Assembly: GCA_023380635.1 (NCBI GenBank)
Contig: JAMCRP010000002.1
Location: forward strand, 42,458 to 106,457
Direction of reading: 5' to 3'
Length of the DNA: 64,000 nt
From: Patescibacteria group bacterium
Lineage (GTDB): Bacteria; Patescibacteriota; Microgenomatia; JAMCZE01
Part shown: in pieces, positions 18,501-30,200 of the stretch
How the letters are laid out: each line of letters opens with the position of its first letter
Numbering within the stretch: the stretch's first letter is position 1
The notes under the pieces: generated by a model
Told to the model about the DNA's origin: nothing
Database searches by the model: none
Seen by the model: only the letters and a program-made list of their open reading frames with translations
Made by a program: the position numbers and the translations under genes

Positions 18501-20261
18501 GTAAACAACACAGGTTCTTATACAAATTTATCCTCGGCTTTCTCTGTTTGGGGCGGATCGACTACCTATACTATCGGCTCCTATTCCTATCCTGCCGAGA
18601 TACAGACAACTAGTAATAATCTTGGCCGCCTGCAATTTGCCGGCTACCGGAAATACAACCCGTATTATGACTGGGGAGGAACCGGGTTCAGAATTCAATA
18701 TGCTGTAGATAATTCGTTTACTGACGGTTCTTTGGCTTATCTATATTTAGGCACGGCGAATAATTACGCTGGACAGATATCCTTTGGAGTAGGCGGAGCG
18801 GATCGGGTAACGATAGACAACAGCGGCAATGTTTCTCTCAACACGGGAAATATTAACATGATTTCCGGAAATTCTAATACGACCATTATGGCCGACGGCA
18901 GCAATTATCTTTACCACACTTTTGCGGCAGGTAACGGGACCACGGGCGGTTATTATTTTTGTACCACCAACAATATAAGTCTCTGCCAAACCACTGGAAA
19001 CAACAACCGGGTTGCCTTCATAGATTCAATAGGAGACTTCTTTATCCGGAAAACTCTGACTCAGAATTGGGGCAGCGATTTGGCTGAAGGCGTTAAGGTA
19101 AACGACCCGGTTATTAATGAAGGCGATCTTTTGGTATTGCCGGTTACTCCAGCGAGTCCGGCCGGCCAGTTTGTGGCTACCAGAACGACCCGGGCCTACC
19201 AGGGTAATATCGCGGGCGTGGTTTCAACCAAACCGGGGATATACATGAATTCCCCAATACTGCCGGGCGATAAAGAGCCTAGTATGCCGGATATTCGGCC
19301 CCTGGCGCTATCCGGCCGGGTGCCGGTAAAAGTTTCCACCATAAACGGGCCGGTAACTGCCGGCGATTTGGTCACATCCTCAGAACTTGCCGGGATCGGT
19401 ATGAAAGCCAGCGTTCCCGGAGTGGTTGTGGGAAGAGCCTTACAGAGTCTGGATGTTTCCGCCTGCCAGCCGGTAGCTTCAGCTGCTGACATTGTCTGGC
19501 CTTCCGGAGATGACGGGAGCGATACTTTCAAGCGGCCTTGTTTCGAACTGCCGGACGGAACATATATCGGCAAAGTCATGGTGCTTGTTAACCTTGGTTG
19601 GCAGGATCCAACAAACGCTCAGCAAACGGAAATTGCTTCCCAGTCAGTTGATATTGCCACCATATCCGCGACTTTAGCTTCCTGGAATGATCTTTTGGGC
19701 ACCCCGTCAGCAACTTTGGCGGATTCGGTGGCCCACCTGGACGGTTTATCCCAGGATATTTCCTCTCTTATGGCCGATAACCTCCAGATTAAGTCCGATA
19801 TCCAGCTTCTTAAAGACCAGATGGCTTCGGTTTCGGCTAATCTTGCCCAGGTCCAAAGCCAAACGGCGTCTAATTCTGCCCAGTTGGCTTTGGGGTTAGG
19901 GGGTAACTTAACCATTACTTCGGATTTGGAAGTCTCGACTGTCAGTGCTTCCTTTGCCAACTTTTCTGATACCTTAAAAGTGGTCGGCAAGACCGAACTA
20001 GCTGAGACCAACATTGGAGGGAGTTTGACTGTCGGGCTATTAAGGTTTGACGATTTGAAAGCGGAGATCTCTTCCTTAACCGGAACGGTCACCGTTAACA
20101 GTAATTTGCAGGTGGCCGGAGATGCCACCGTGTCGGGAACGCTGCAGTCGGATAAGGTTAAAACTGGGGGGATTACCATCAAAGATAAGGTGACCGGCGA
20201 GCCATACTGCGTTACCGTCGAAAACGGAGTATTATTGAATACTAAAGGAGAATGTCAGTAA
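15552..20261 (+). CDS. giant membrane-anchored fibre-like protein (1569 aa): tandem divergent MerR-type HTH modules, single TM helix, large extracellular region with tail-fibre-like repeats
   Basis: The N-terminus has two copies of GFDFG-x-GKP-x-HVLQY(Y/F)-x-KLGL(L/I)PKTVR-x-R-x-GIKGHTVGCYP ... LLKIQKLRREG, matching MerR TLRYYE-GLL ... recognition-helix/wing layout. Then KKRSWKS, a TM helix (FAYTLPAVLATILLLLTTGLNIYITSY), and a S/T/N/G-rich region with four GNVGIGTT(N/G)P motifs. The N-terminal (~180 aa) and C-terminal (~210 aa) modules are shared with the 4697-aa paralogue. The first HTH helix appears to be encoded upstream of this ATG (see findings). Confidence 0.8.
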   Translation: MGFDFGFGKPEHVLQYFGKLGLIPKTVRMRVEGIKGHTVGCYPVSTLDTLLKIQKLRREGRSMAQVRTEITGEPNPPTFDQEQLQLPSTELVRRAQAAGFDFGPGKPVHVLQYYSKLGLLPKTVRLRLNGIKGHTVGCYPAEAVETLLKIQKLRREGVAVKDIAQTLGNEGIKPAARREEAETLEILRVAAQAPVRYQAETEAGRLAGYFQPPPPERQETRYKIQETKKTQDAKETKEKRSWKSFAYTLPAVLATILLLLTTGLNIYITSYQKKVASDRNLQAVLAESSSQNFLDIRADTDVSGRLTVWGKDVLTEATLASSSPYLSNLNQSLSTTATPTFANLTLTAGKIVLEDKTQTLKNKSLSGSDNTFSNIPNSALANSKVTVTAGTNLTGGGDVVLGDSTTIGLKDNIALTTATFSGLLGVGGDASLSAGLYFSLASPVIATTDMQSLTLGNSNTGNIQFFNASNYINSAGNLTLANSLTVNTTTNYTGLVLPNGAGINYVLTTDALGHSSWTNPNGPGTSFSGWTLTGNTIYPNETAYDLLLGSSNVVDDVAKFTNLGSTLFKPSNIANLASGGDIGTAATTVDIYTTFNLNQTTSGQTITLPNPTNTTAGRLVYLANTGTTPFNFLNSTVLTGTTTQAIWNGTAWTLAGSMAGLPAGTVDNSTMYWDNATSRWLENSKLLSNPLGTMPVASVAGTTSFAGLVVDNTIGDLFTASSSGKSRFTITQNGNVGVGMVTPTALWQVFGNSTVQVASVSASTGNAALLVDNTIGDLFTASSSGMSRFVITQSGNVGIGTTNPGNLLEVDANSSNYGITVNANNSALSQAGLRLIAGNGSTSRAARLDFLNVPASTSVPRWTFINDYDQNGTNDFRFVNSDGSTSVLTLLQGGNVGIGTTGPAATLQVNAPYTTAAPLTWGATAGQIFRNENSELAVGLLNSSPYPLYLQGRTNTSTARDIVMNPSGGSVGIGTTGPNSKLTVNNTGSYTNLSSAFSVWGGSTTYTIGSYSYPAEIQTTSNNLGRLQFAGYRKYNPYYDWGGTGFRIQYAVDNSFTDGSLAYLYLGTANNYAGQISFGVGGADRVTIDNSGNVSLNTGNINMISGNSNTTIMADGSNYLYHTFAAGNGTTGGYYFCTTNNISLCQTTGNNNRVAFIDSIGDFFIRKTLTQNWGSDLAEGVKVNDPVINEGDLLVLPVTPASPAGQFVATRTTRAYQGNIAGVVSTKPGIYMNSPILPGDKEPSMPDIRPLALSGRVPVKVSTINGPVTAGDLVTSSELAGIGMKASVPGVVVGRALQSLDVSACQPVASAADIVWPSGDDGSDTFKRPCFELPDGTYIGKVMVLVNLGWQDPTNAQQTEIASQSVDIATISATLASWNDLLGTPSATLADSVAHLDGLSQDISSLMADNLQIKSDIQLLKDQMASVSANLAQVQSQTASNSAQLALGLGGNLTITSDLEVSTVSASFANFSDTLKVVGKTELAETNIGGSLTVGLLRFDDLKAEISSLTGTVTVNSNLQVAGDATVSGTLQSDKVKTGGITIKDKVTGEPYCVTVENGVLLNTKGECQ
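16270..16790. repeat. 521-bp block 100% identical to 21964..22484 (shared TM plus proximal ectodomain module of the two giant genes)
   Basis: Direct base-by-base comparison of the two regions (constant offset 5694) shows no mismatch from gaagctggaaaag to ggacaacatt. Confidence 0.9.
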
Positions 20262-20300
20262 AATTTTCAATTTGAAATTTAAAATTTGAAATTAGGTTTG
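20262..20300. repeat. A/T-rich 8-bp periodic 'AATTT(G/C)AA' array between the giant gene 1 stop and the tagA-like start
   Basis: aaattttcaatttgaaatttaaaatttgaaattaggtttgaatt. Confidence 0.75.
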
Positions 20301-20302
20301 AA

Positions 20303-21097
20303 TTGTCTCTAATGAGAAAAGTTGTCTTGGGCGTTAATATTGATGATATTTCGAAAGAAGAAGCCCTTAGTCTGGTCAGTAGTTGGTTAACTGGTAAACT
20401 AGAGACTAGTAAACCAGCGACCAGCAAACTGGTGTTCACTCCCGGGCCGGAGTTTTTAGTAACGGCGGACAAAGACGCGGAATTTAAAAAAGTTTTAAAC
20501 TCTTCAGACTTGAATCTTCCGGACGGTTTTGGGTTAAAACTTTTGGGTGGCGTGGAGCATACCATTGCCGGGGTCGACTTTGTCAGAGTTCTTTGCCAAC
20601 TGGCAGCTAAAAACGGCTGGACTGTCGGCCTGCTGGGCGGACAAACCGGCATTGCCCGGCTGGCGGCTAAAAATTTGCAAAAAAGCTATCCCGGGTTAAA
20701 AGTTACTTTCGCTTTTGACGGGCCCGCAGCTGACAAAATCCTGACACATTCCGACACATTGCCATATAGTGATATTCTGTTTGTAGCCTTTGGACACCCT
20801 GCTCAAGAAAAATTTCTCGCAGAGCAGAAAGCGTCAAGCGTAAAGCGTAAAGAAGGAAGACTTGACGCTAAACGCTTTCCGCTAAACGCCATCCCGTTCC
20901 GCATCGGTATAGGTGTCGGCGGCAGCTTTGATTTTATTTCCGGGACTGTGCCCGAACCGCCGGTTATGTTAAAGAGATTAGGACTAAAATGGTTAGGCCG
21001 GCTTCTGAGCAGGCCGGCTTATATGGCCCCTAAAGTTTTCCGGGCCATTGTTTCTTACCCCCTTTTGATATTGAATTCCCGTCTCTGTAGCCGTTAA
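20303..21097 (+). CDS. WecB/TagA/CpsF-family glycosyltransferase (N-acetylmannosaminyltransferase-like)
   Basis: GVNIDDISKEEALSLV...TPGPEF...DLNLPDGFGLKLLGG...RVLGVDFV...GWTVGLLGGQTGIA...YPGLKV: collinear with the WecB/TagA fold family. Carries an extra SSVKRKEGRLDAKRFPLNAIPFR segment. Confidence 0.7.
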   Translation: MSLMRKVVLGVNIDDISKEEALSLVSSWLTGKLETSKPATSKLVFTPGPEFLVTADKDAEFKKVLNSSDLNLPDGFGLKLLGGVEHTIAGVDFVRVLCQLAAKNGWTVGLLGGQTGIARLAAKNLQKSYPGLKVTFAFDGPAADKILTHSDTLPYSDILFVAFGHPAQEKFLAEQKASSVKRKEGRLDAKRFPLNAIPFRIGIGVGGSFDFISGTVPEPPVMLKRLGLKWLGRLLSRPAYMAPKVFRAIVSYPLLILNSRLCSR

Positions 21098-21227
21098 AAG
21101 TAAAAAGCCTCAGTTTTTTTGGATAGAGCTTTAATGCTTGATGCCTTTGGTTTAGCACTCAAAAAGTGAGAGTGATAGATGGTGTTTTCAGGCTCGAAAA
21201 AATCTATACATTCACCTCATTTTCCCC

Positions 21228-24200
21228 TTGACAAATCTGTTCAAATCTCCGCATACTGATTATGCTGTGAAAAAAAGCACTGACGCCGGACTTTTAAAAA
21301 TTGGTGACGCTGCAAAGTTTCTTAATGTTTCTATCCAGACTCTTCGTCGTTGGGATGAGAGCGGAAAACTGAAACCGGTGGTGACTCCTGGAGGAACAAG
21401 ATTCTACGAAAAACAGGCCTTAAAAAATATCCGGGTCGGAAACGGAGTAAGGGAAACAGATGGTACGGGAGAAATGAAGTCGGAGCAGCAAGTAACAAAA
21501 AAGACGGGGAAATTCAGTAAGCGAGGACTGGTGAAGATTGGGACGGCAGCAAAACTACTGGGGATTTCAATTCCTACCTTGCGACGCTGGGACGAGATGG
21601 GCAAACTCCGGGCTGTGGTCAGCCCTGGCGGGACGCGTCTGTATTCTAAAGATTCCCTGGCGGCAATCAACCCGGCTTTATCCGAATATAAAATTCTCAA
21701 GAGCGAGGAACCCGAGATTAAACCAGCCAAACAATTTATTAAGGAAGTCGTATCTGAGGTTCTCCACCAGCAAAAGGCGGTTTTGCAGCTGCCGCCACCG
21801 GTTAATCCCATTCAAACTATCTCAGAGTGGAGCCAAGAGCCGGTACACTATCGGGCAGAAACGGAAGCAGGGAGAATAGCCGGATACTTCCAAAAACCGC
21901 CCCCGGAAGATACAAGAAACAAGATACAAGAAACAAGAGAAACACCGAATACAAGAAAGAAGCGAAGCTGGAAAAGCTTTGCTTACACTCTTCCGGCAGT
22001 TTTAGCTACTATCCTTCTGCTGTTAACTACCGGCCTGAATATATATATTACTTCCTATCAGAAGAAAGTGGCTTCTGACCGGAATTTGCAGGCGGTCTTG
22101 GCCGAAAGCAGCAGCCAAAACTTTTTAGACATCCGGGCGGATACCGATGTTTCCGGAAGACTGACCGTGTGGGGGAAAGATGTCTTAACAGAAGCGACTT
22201 TAGCTTCTTCTTCCCCCTACCTTAGCAACTTAAACCAAAGCCTCAGCACGACGGCCACTCCTACTTTTGCCAACCTTACCTTAACCGCCGGCAAGATTGT
22301 CCTGGAAGACAAAACGCAAACTTTAAAAAACAAATCGCTTTCGGGATCGGATAACACTTTTTCTAATATTCCCAACTCCGCTTTGGCTAACTCCAAAGTC
22401 ACCGTGACGGCCGGCACCAACCTGACCGGGGGCGGGGATGTCGTCTTAGGTGACAGCACCACGATTGGTTTGAAGGACAACATTAGCGTTACTTCGGTCA
22501 CCAGTTCCGCTCTAACAGTTAATGGAGACGCGGCTATTACCGGAAATTTGAATGTGGGCGGAGGCTTGCAATTTTCTAGCCTGGCGGTGACGGGGACAAG
22601 CGGAACAGCTCCGGTGGCTTCCATTTCCGGTAAAACGTCCTTTGCCGCCGTGGTGGTGGATAATTCCGGCTCAGGTGACTTGTTCACCGCTTCCACTGCC
22701 GGCCAGCCCCGCTTTACGGTTAATTCCAACGGCGACCTTTTACCCGGCATAACCAGTCATCAAAGTATCGGTTCTCCCACTCAGGTCTGGGACACCATCT
22801 ATGCCAATAATCTTTCCGGCACAAACTGGTCAGGAAACATCATCGGTACTCAATATGGCGGCACGGGTCAAGATTGGCACCTGACGGCTCAGGGCAATGT
22901 GCCTTATTTTTCAGCTTCCGGAACCATGAACACCCTGGCGCCCGGCACCAACCATCAGGTTTTTGTGACCCAGGGGGTTGGCGCCAATCCCAAATGGGAA
23001 GACCTGGTCAATTTGTTGACGCCGGGGACGGACATCACTCTGGGGGGAACTAATGTGGTCACTATTAATGACGCTTCCACTTTACAATCGGTTACCGGTC
23101 GGGGGGCGGCAACAACTAATCCCATCACTTTGAATTTAACCGGAGGTAATGCCTATTTTGGTTCCGGTAATGCTTCAGCCCTGGTCGATCTAAGTTCTAC
23201 CTCCAAGGGGTTCTTGACGCCACGCATGACTCAGGCCCAACGGGATGCAATTAGCACTCCGGCACCGGGGTTGCTAATCTATAATACTGATACAAACCAA
23301 TTCAATGTGTATAACAGTTCTACTTGGGGGGCTATTGCTGGAGCGGGGGCGGCGTACTGGGGAGATAATATCGGCGCGTTATATCCGCTATACCTCAACA
23401 GTGATTTATTAATCGGATCTGACGCCACGGCTTCCGCTTTAATCCGGCTTGAGGGCACCACGGGCTATATAACGGCTAACCGGATCAACGGCAACAAAAT
23501 CGCGACCGGATCAGGGAATGTGGCGGTTTCGGCGACTTTGCCTTTGGCCGTCGATACCAACGGCAACATGACTTTGGCCTATACCTCAAACCTGAAAGTG
23601 ACCTCAAGCCAACTGGATACGGCGCAAAACATTGGCCCGAGCGCCTCGCCGCAATTCGTCAGTCTGACGCTCGGGTCAGGAACTACCGGCACTCTCCAAA
23701 CAGCAGCGCTGACTGGCAGTCGCACTTGGACATTGCCAGACAACACCGGAGAAATATGCACGACCTATGGCAATTGTATCGGGGGCGTCGGGGGATCCGT
23801 TGGCGGTTCCGGTACCAATACCAAAATTGCCATGTTCACTCCTGACGGAACCCATATCGGCGATTCCCACATTACCGACACCGGAACTCAGATCCAGTTT
23901 TTTAATACTAGCAATTACATTGATTCCAGCGGCAATTTCTATTTAAACGGTTCATTATTTGCCTCCGGTAACGAGGCGGGTTTTTGGCAGCGGCAGAGTG
24001 GAGTGTTAGCTCCTAAGAATATCACCGATTCTTTGATAATTGGTGGTAACGCGACTGGATCCGGACAGCTACAGGTTTATGGTTTGAACTCGCAAATGCC
24101 GGTGGCGTCAATTTCCGCCCAGACACCCTGGGCAGCCCTGGTCGTGGATAATGCGACCGGTGACCTTTTCACAGCCAGTTCATCAGGAATGACCCGTTTC

Positions 24201-27200
24201 ACGGTTGGTAATACCGGTAATTTGACGGCCGGGACCTATAACACTGCCACTATCACCGGGGGGTCGCTCTCGGCCACGGCCGTAAATGGCGTGGCCACGG
24301 CCAACATTTTAACCACCGGCACCACTTTTGCCGGGGATGTTGGCGGCAGTTACAACAATTTGGCTATCGGGACGGGGAAGGTAACTAACCCCATGCTTTC
24401 CGGGCCGGTGGACACAACCCACGGAGGAACGGGCAATGACTGGCATCTGACGGCTCAGGGCAATGTGCCTTATTTCTCCGCGGCCGGAACGATGGGTCTC
24501 CTGGCGCCCGGGACAGCGTCGCAGGTTTTAACTACCGGTGGGGGCGGCGCGGATCCAGCTTGGACTAACATGGCCAGTTTGGTTACCGGAGCTGGTAACA
24601 TCACTGTCACAGGAACACAAACTCTATCAATTAACACGGTTAACAACCCCACTTTTAGCACTTCGGTCACGACACCGCTTTTGACAAACTCCGGTAATTT
24701 ATTAATTAACCCTACCGGTAATGTTGGGATCGGAACCACCAGCCCGGCGGCTTTGCTTTCGGTGGGGACAAATTCTGATTTACGGGTAAACGGCACCGGG
24801 GACATTGTCGCCCGGACTTACAACGGCAATATTATTGCCACCGGTTCCGGGACTTTAACTTTGGGATCCGCCTCGTTAAACATTGGTACCGGCGGAACAT
24901 TGAATACGGGCGCTTACGCCGATATTTCTTTGTACGCGCCCTTGGCCAGCCCGACTTTTACCGGCACCGTGACGATTCCCACTTCATTTGTTTTGGGCGC
25001 CACGACGGTCACCACGACCGGGACCCAACTGAACTACTTAAACGCTGCCACGGGAACCACGGGAAACACCAACTCCAACCTGGTTTTTTCCAACGGGCCG
25101 ACCTTAACTTCGCCGGCCTTTTCTACCATCGTCAATGTCGGCACTTTAACCCTGCCAACTACTTCTGATACGCTGGTTGGCCGGGCCACGACCGATACTT
25201 TTACCAACAAAACTTTTGACACGGCCGGGACCGGGAATATCCTGAGGATTAACGGCACCCAAGTCTCCGCCGTCACCGGCACGGGTTCCGTGGTTTTAGC
25301 TTCGGCGCCCACCATTAGCAACCCGATTATTACCAATATTAACCCCGGAGCCGATTTCACTTTAACCCAAAACAGCGTGACTCCTTTTATTTCCTATAAT
25401 TCCGGGGCGTTGGCCAACACTTTGGTCTTAAGCGCCGGCAGTGTGGGCATCGGGGTAACGAATCCGGGGGCTAAATTGGATGTGGCCGGCGCCGCTTCGA
25501 TTTCCGGCATTCTTACCTTAAACAACGGAGTGACCACCCAAATTAACGCTACCAATGACCGCAGTCTCGATTTGGGTTTTGCCAACACCGGCCGGGTCAA
25601 CTTTTTAACCACGAGCAGCTATATTGATGCTAACGGCAATTTTTCAACCAACGGCCAAATCCAGGTGGGAAGTTTTGCCAGTGCCCCGACGGCCCTCGGA
25701 GCCGGGAGCATGTATTACAACTCCACCGAAAACCGTCTTTACGCTTATAACGGCACGAACTGGAGCCCGCTGGGGGAGCAAAGCACGGTGGTGGTCACCA
25801 ATAATTCCGGCACCACTTTAAATCCAAAAGACCTGGTCATTTTTGACTCTTCGGCAAACAATGCGGTCACGACAACCACGACTGCCTACAAAAAGGGTGT
25901 GGTTTATGGTGTGGTGGTTGATGCCTCATGCGCCAGCGGGGCGACCAACTGTAAAGTCCAGATTTCCGGCAAGGTAGATGTCTCGGTCACAAATTCTAAC
26001 GCCGCCAAGGGGGATTATGTTTTCACCTCGACAACCGCGGCCAAAGGCGTCACTTCGGCCAAACTTTTTGACGGGTTGATCGGGATTGTGACCGATAACA
26101 CCAATGCCGGATCAGGCTATGTGACGATCATTTTCCAGCCGCAGGCCCAGGTGTTGGCCGGAGTGGTGATGGACAAAATCAGCAGACATAATGACTATAA
26201 AATTTATTCCAATATCTACACTCCCATCAATGAGGGTTCGGTTTTTAGTCCCAATTTAACCGCCCGGGGAATTTCTTTTGACAACTTTTTAGACCAGACC
26301 AAGGTTGATGCTGCTTTAACAACGGTCGGATCAACCATGTCTGCCCAGATCCAGTCACCAACAGCCCAGACCAGTGCGCCGTTTAGAATGGGGCTAACGG
26401 GCGGGCAAACCTACAATACCACTAACACCGATAACGCCGGTAACGCCTATTTAGGCTCCAACACGGTCAACAAAGTCTTTTATTACGACCGGACCCGCGA
26501 TTCCATCCCGCAAGTTCAAGTAGAGTTAGGAATTGACCCGAACTGGTACAACGGTGTCACTTTGTCCGTCGCTTCTACTTCAGCCCAATTCTCGCAAGCG
26601 GATACGATCACTAAACCCAATCCCAATCTTTCCACGGCTTACAACGGAAGTTTGGTCAAGGTTTCCGGAACCTATCCGACCCAGGCGGCGACCAGAACCA
26701 TCTATTTGACGATTACCTCGCCGACGCAATTCACCTGGTCCGACGGCGCCGTCGGCGCTAACAATGTCTCCATTAATCCCGGTGTTTCTCAGGCTTTGGG
26801 CACGACGGGTGTTTCCGTGACTTTCACCAATGTTAAATATAACCCCGGTGATGTCTTCCGGATTGCCTCCTGGGTCGTCGAGCCGGCCTCATCAACCCGC
26901 GGTTCCAAAGCCCAGTTCCCGGAAAGAAGCTATGTGATCGGGACAGCTTCCTCTGTCGATATTATTGACGCGGATACGAATAAACTTTGGATGCGCTTTA
27001 CCATAAATGCGACATCCTGGGCCGTCACTACCATGCTTATTGACGCTTCGTCAAGCGTGACTGCCCTGAATGGAACAATCTATTCTTCCCAAGGAGCCAG
27101 CGGTCTTTTGAAAATAGTTTTTGACCGAGATACCGGTTTTGGTTTTACAACCGACTGGACCAATTACGGCGGAACATTTAGAGGCGGTATCGCCCAGAGA

Positions 27201-30200
27201 AACACCCAGAATGGTTACGCTCAAAATGTCCCTCTAAACATTGTCAATAACACTGTTAACGATATCTCTGCCGCCGTCATTCCCAACCAGCCGACCCAAA
27301 CCGTGACGACAAGCGGGTGGGGATATATGTACCTTAATGCTGCGGGCTCGAATTACGAAGTCGTAAATCTTCCGTATAAATTTAACGATATACCGAAAGT
27401 GGTTATATCCGCATCAGCCGAACGGGCCACAGCACCAACTAATTACGGTGATTGTTCGTGGGGTATATCAACCAACTTTGTTGCCAACACCTATTCGGCT
27501 ACCACCAGTAACTTCGGGGCAACAATAGCTACTCCGGGCAGCGGAACCACCACCGGCTATATTTGTTACACCTGGACCGCCACCGGCGTTGTTTCCCCGA
27601 GACAATATGTGGCGGTGGGAACTAATCAAGGCGTTACCGTGATTAATGAGACGGATCAAAGTGGTGTGAACTATAGTACAGTAAGTTCTGGGGACCATAA
27701 TGTAGGAAGTGTTTTCTTAACCTCTAATGACAACCTTTACTTTAGTTATCCCTGGTCTTACCCAACAGACGTAAAAGTTGCTGTCCAATATGGCGTTGCG
27801 GGGGTTACTTCAAATGTCGCCTGGGACAGTTGGAGCGGAAATTATGCGTCAATTGGAAATAGCTGGAGCAATAAAGGTCCAACGCCATTACAGAGCTCAA
27901 CAAACTATCAGATTTTCGTTACTTCTGGAACTTCAACCATTGATGGAAAGAGCAATACAATTTATGTATCCGGTTCCAATGGTTTGACGGTTATCCAAGA
28001 AAAACAAGCCGGACGTTTTGGTACTGCTGAATCCTATGTTCCGTCAGATGAAAATAATGGCTCTGTTAAATACTACACCAAAGACTACATTTCCGAAGAA
28101 ATGGTCGGGGACATTCGGGGCATGTGGCCGCTTAATGGAACGCTTTCTGATGCTTCAGTTAAAGGCAATACGCTAACAGATGGTGGCATAGCTTTTGGAA
28201 CTGGTGTTCGGGGCCAAGGAGCGGTCATTTCCGGATTGAGCTTTCTTTACTGCACGGATGCCAGTTGCGGCGGGACGAGTAAGTTGGATTCTGGAGGTAC
28301 TGCCTGGAGTTTTGGAGCCTGGTTTAAGACTACTTCGACAGGAGGGACAATTATTTCTAAATATAACGGCGGAGTTAGCGGCGCATATTTTTTAGCAGTT
28401 GACGGTAGCGGAAAACTCTCCGGAGATATCGAACAAAGTCCATATACTTTCACCGGAAACAAAATTGTGAATGACGGTAATTGGCATTTTGGTGTCGTGA
28501 CATACGACGGAGTGTCGGCAAAGATTTACGCTGATGGTCAACTTGACAGTTTGGTCGCCATGACAGGAAACATTCCTGACACTACTGCTAACTTTGCGAT
28601 TGGCGCTCGATATACCGGCGGCAGCGTTTCTAACATTTTACTCGGTTCTATTGATGAACCCTTTGTTTCCGCTACAGCTTTAACGGCCAACCAGATTAAA
28701 CACATGTACGAAGTCGGCGCCCGGGCGCTTCAATCACATAGTGCTTCTTTGGGTGGCGGGGCGGCAGACGCTAATCAAAAGCTAGGGACAAATGTGGCTT
28801 CCGTGTCAGCCGCAGCGGTTGATTACAACAACCAGTTTATGTATGTTGGGGCTAATGACTCGACCAATGGCGGCGTTTCTAAAATTGATTTAAACAGCGA
28901 CACAAATATCCGGACTATCCAAACCGCCAACACTCCGGTCGGCGGCACGGTCTTGCCGGCCAAAACCGTCTCTTCTCTTGCTGCCGGGTACAATTTGGAA
29001 GTTGTGGGCACGGGAACCGGGGCTATCGGCATGGCTCCGGATGACAACGCCAACAACCTGAGTGGGACTCTTTACAGCAAAACTTTAACGACTCCGGAAA
29101 GTTTCTCCCAAGCCTATATCTGGAGCCAACAGGTGACGGACGCGGCCGACGCAGCCAACACGGTCACCGTCTGGGCATCTAATGACGGCGGGTCAAACTA
29201 TTACCAATGCAACCAAACGAATACAGATTCTACCCAGACGCCAACGGAATATGAGTATTTTTGCCAGTTTAATGCCGTTGGAAGTTCTTTAAAGATTAAG
29301 GAGGTTTTTGCCAGGGGTTCGACGAAAACGAACACTTATGTCACCAGGTATGGCGTGGCTTGGATTGATAGTAGTAACGCTATCGGGTCTAATCCTTTGG
29401 GTAACGGAATGTATACCAATAACGCGACCGTGGCGGACAGTTCGTACCTTGAGGTGGCCCACAACCAAAACACCGCCGACGCCGTGGCTAATGCCTGGAT
29501 TTCTTCGGAGTCAAAGTGGAAACAGTTGGATGCCACCTATAAACCGGTCGCCGCTTATGACGGACTTTCCGGCGTCTTAAGTGAGTACCATGATCTAGCC
29601 GCAAACTACAAAACCGGGGATTTAGTTTCCACCCCTTCGGGAATACTTTTTGATACTTTTAAGGACATTACCAAAACCGCTTCGGCCGCCAGCACCTTGT
29701 CTTTGGATTTTGGCAAAAACCGGGTAGGCCTAATGGGCGGACAAACTTTTAACACCACCAATACCGACTCTGACGGCAACGCATTGTTGGGCTCCAACAC
29801 GGTTAACAAGGTTTTCTATTATGACCGGATAAACAAAGATTCCTCGCCCCAAGTGCAGGTGGAACTGGGCGTTGATCCGAACTGGTATAACGGGGTAACC
29901 TTGTCAGTTGCCACCACCTCTGCCCAGATGAGCCAGTCGGAAACAACTGTTCCTGCCGGCAAGAATCCCAACCTTTCAACCACCTATAACGGCTCTCTGG
30001 TTAAAGTCACCGGGACTTACGCTACGACAGCCGCGGCCAGGCCAATTTGGATTACGATTTCTGACAACTCTTCGTTTGTTTGGACAGACTATAACGGCAA
30101 CGGCGGGACAGCCAGCCTTCAGCAGGGTGTCACGCAGGCTTTGGGATCAACCGGCGTTTCCGTGACCTTCACGGGGACAAAATATAACATCGGCGATGTC

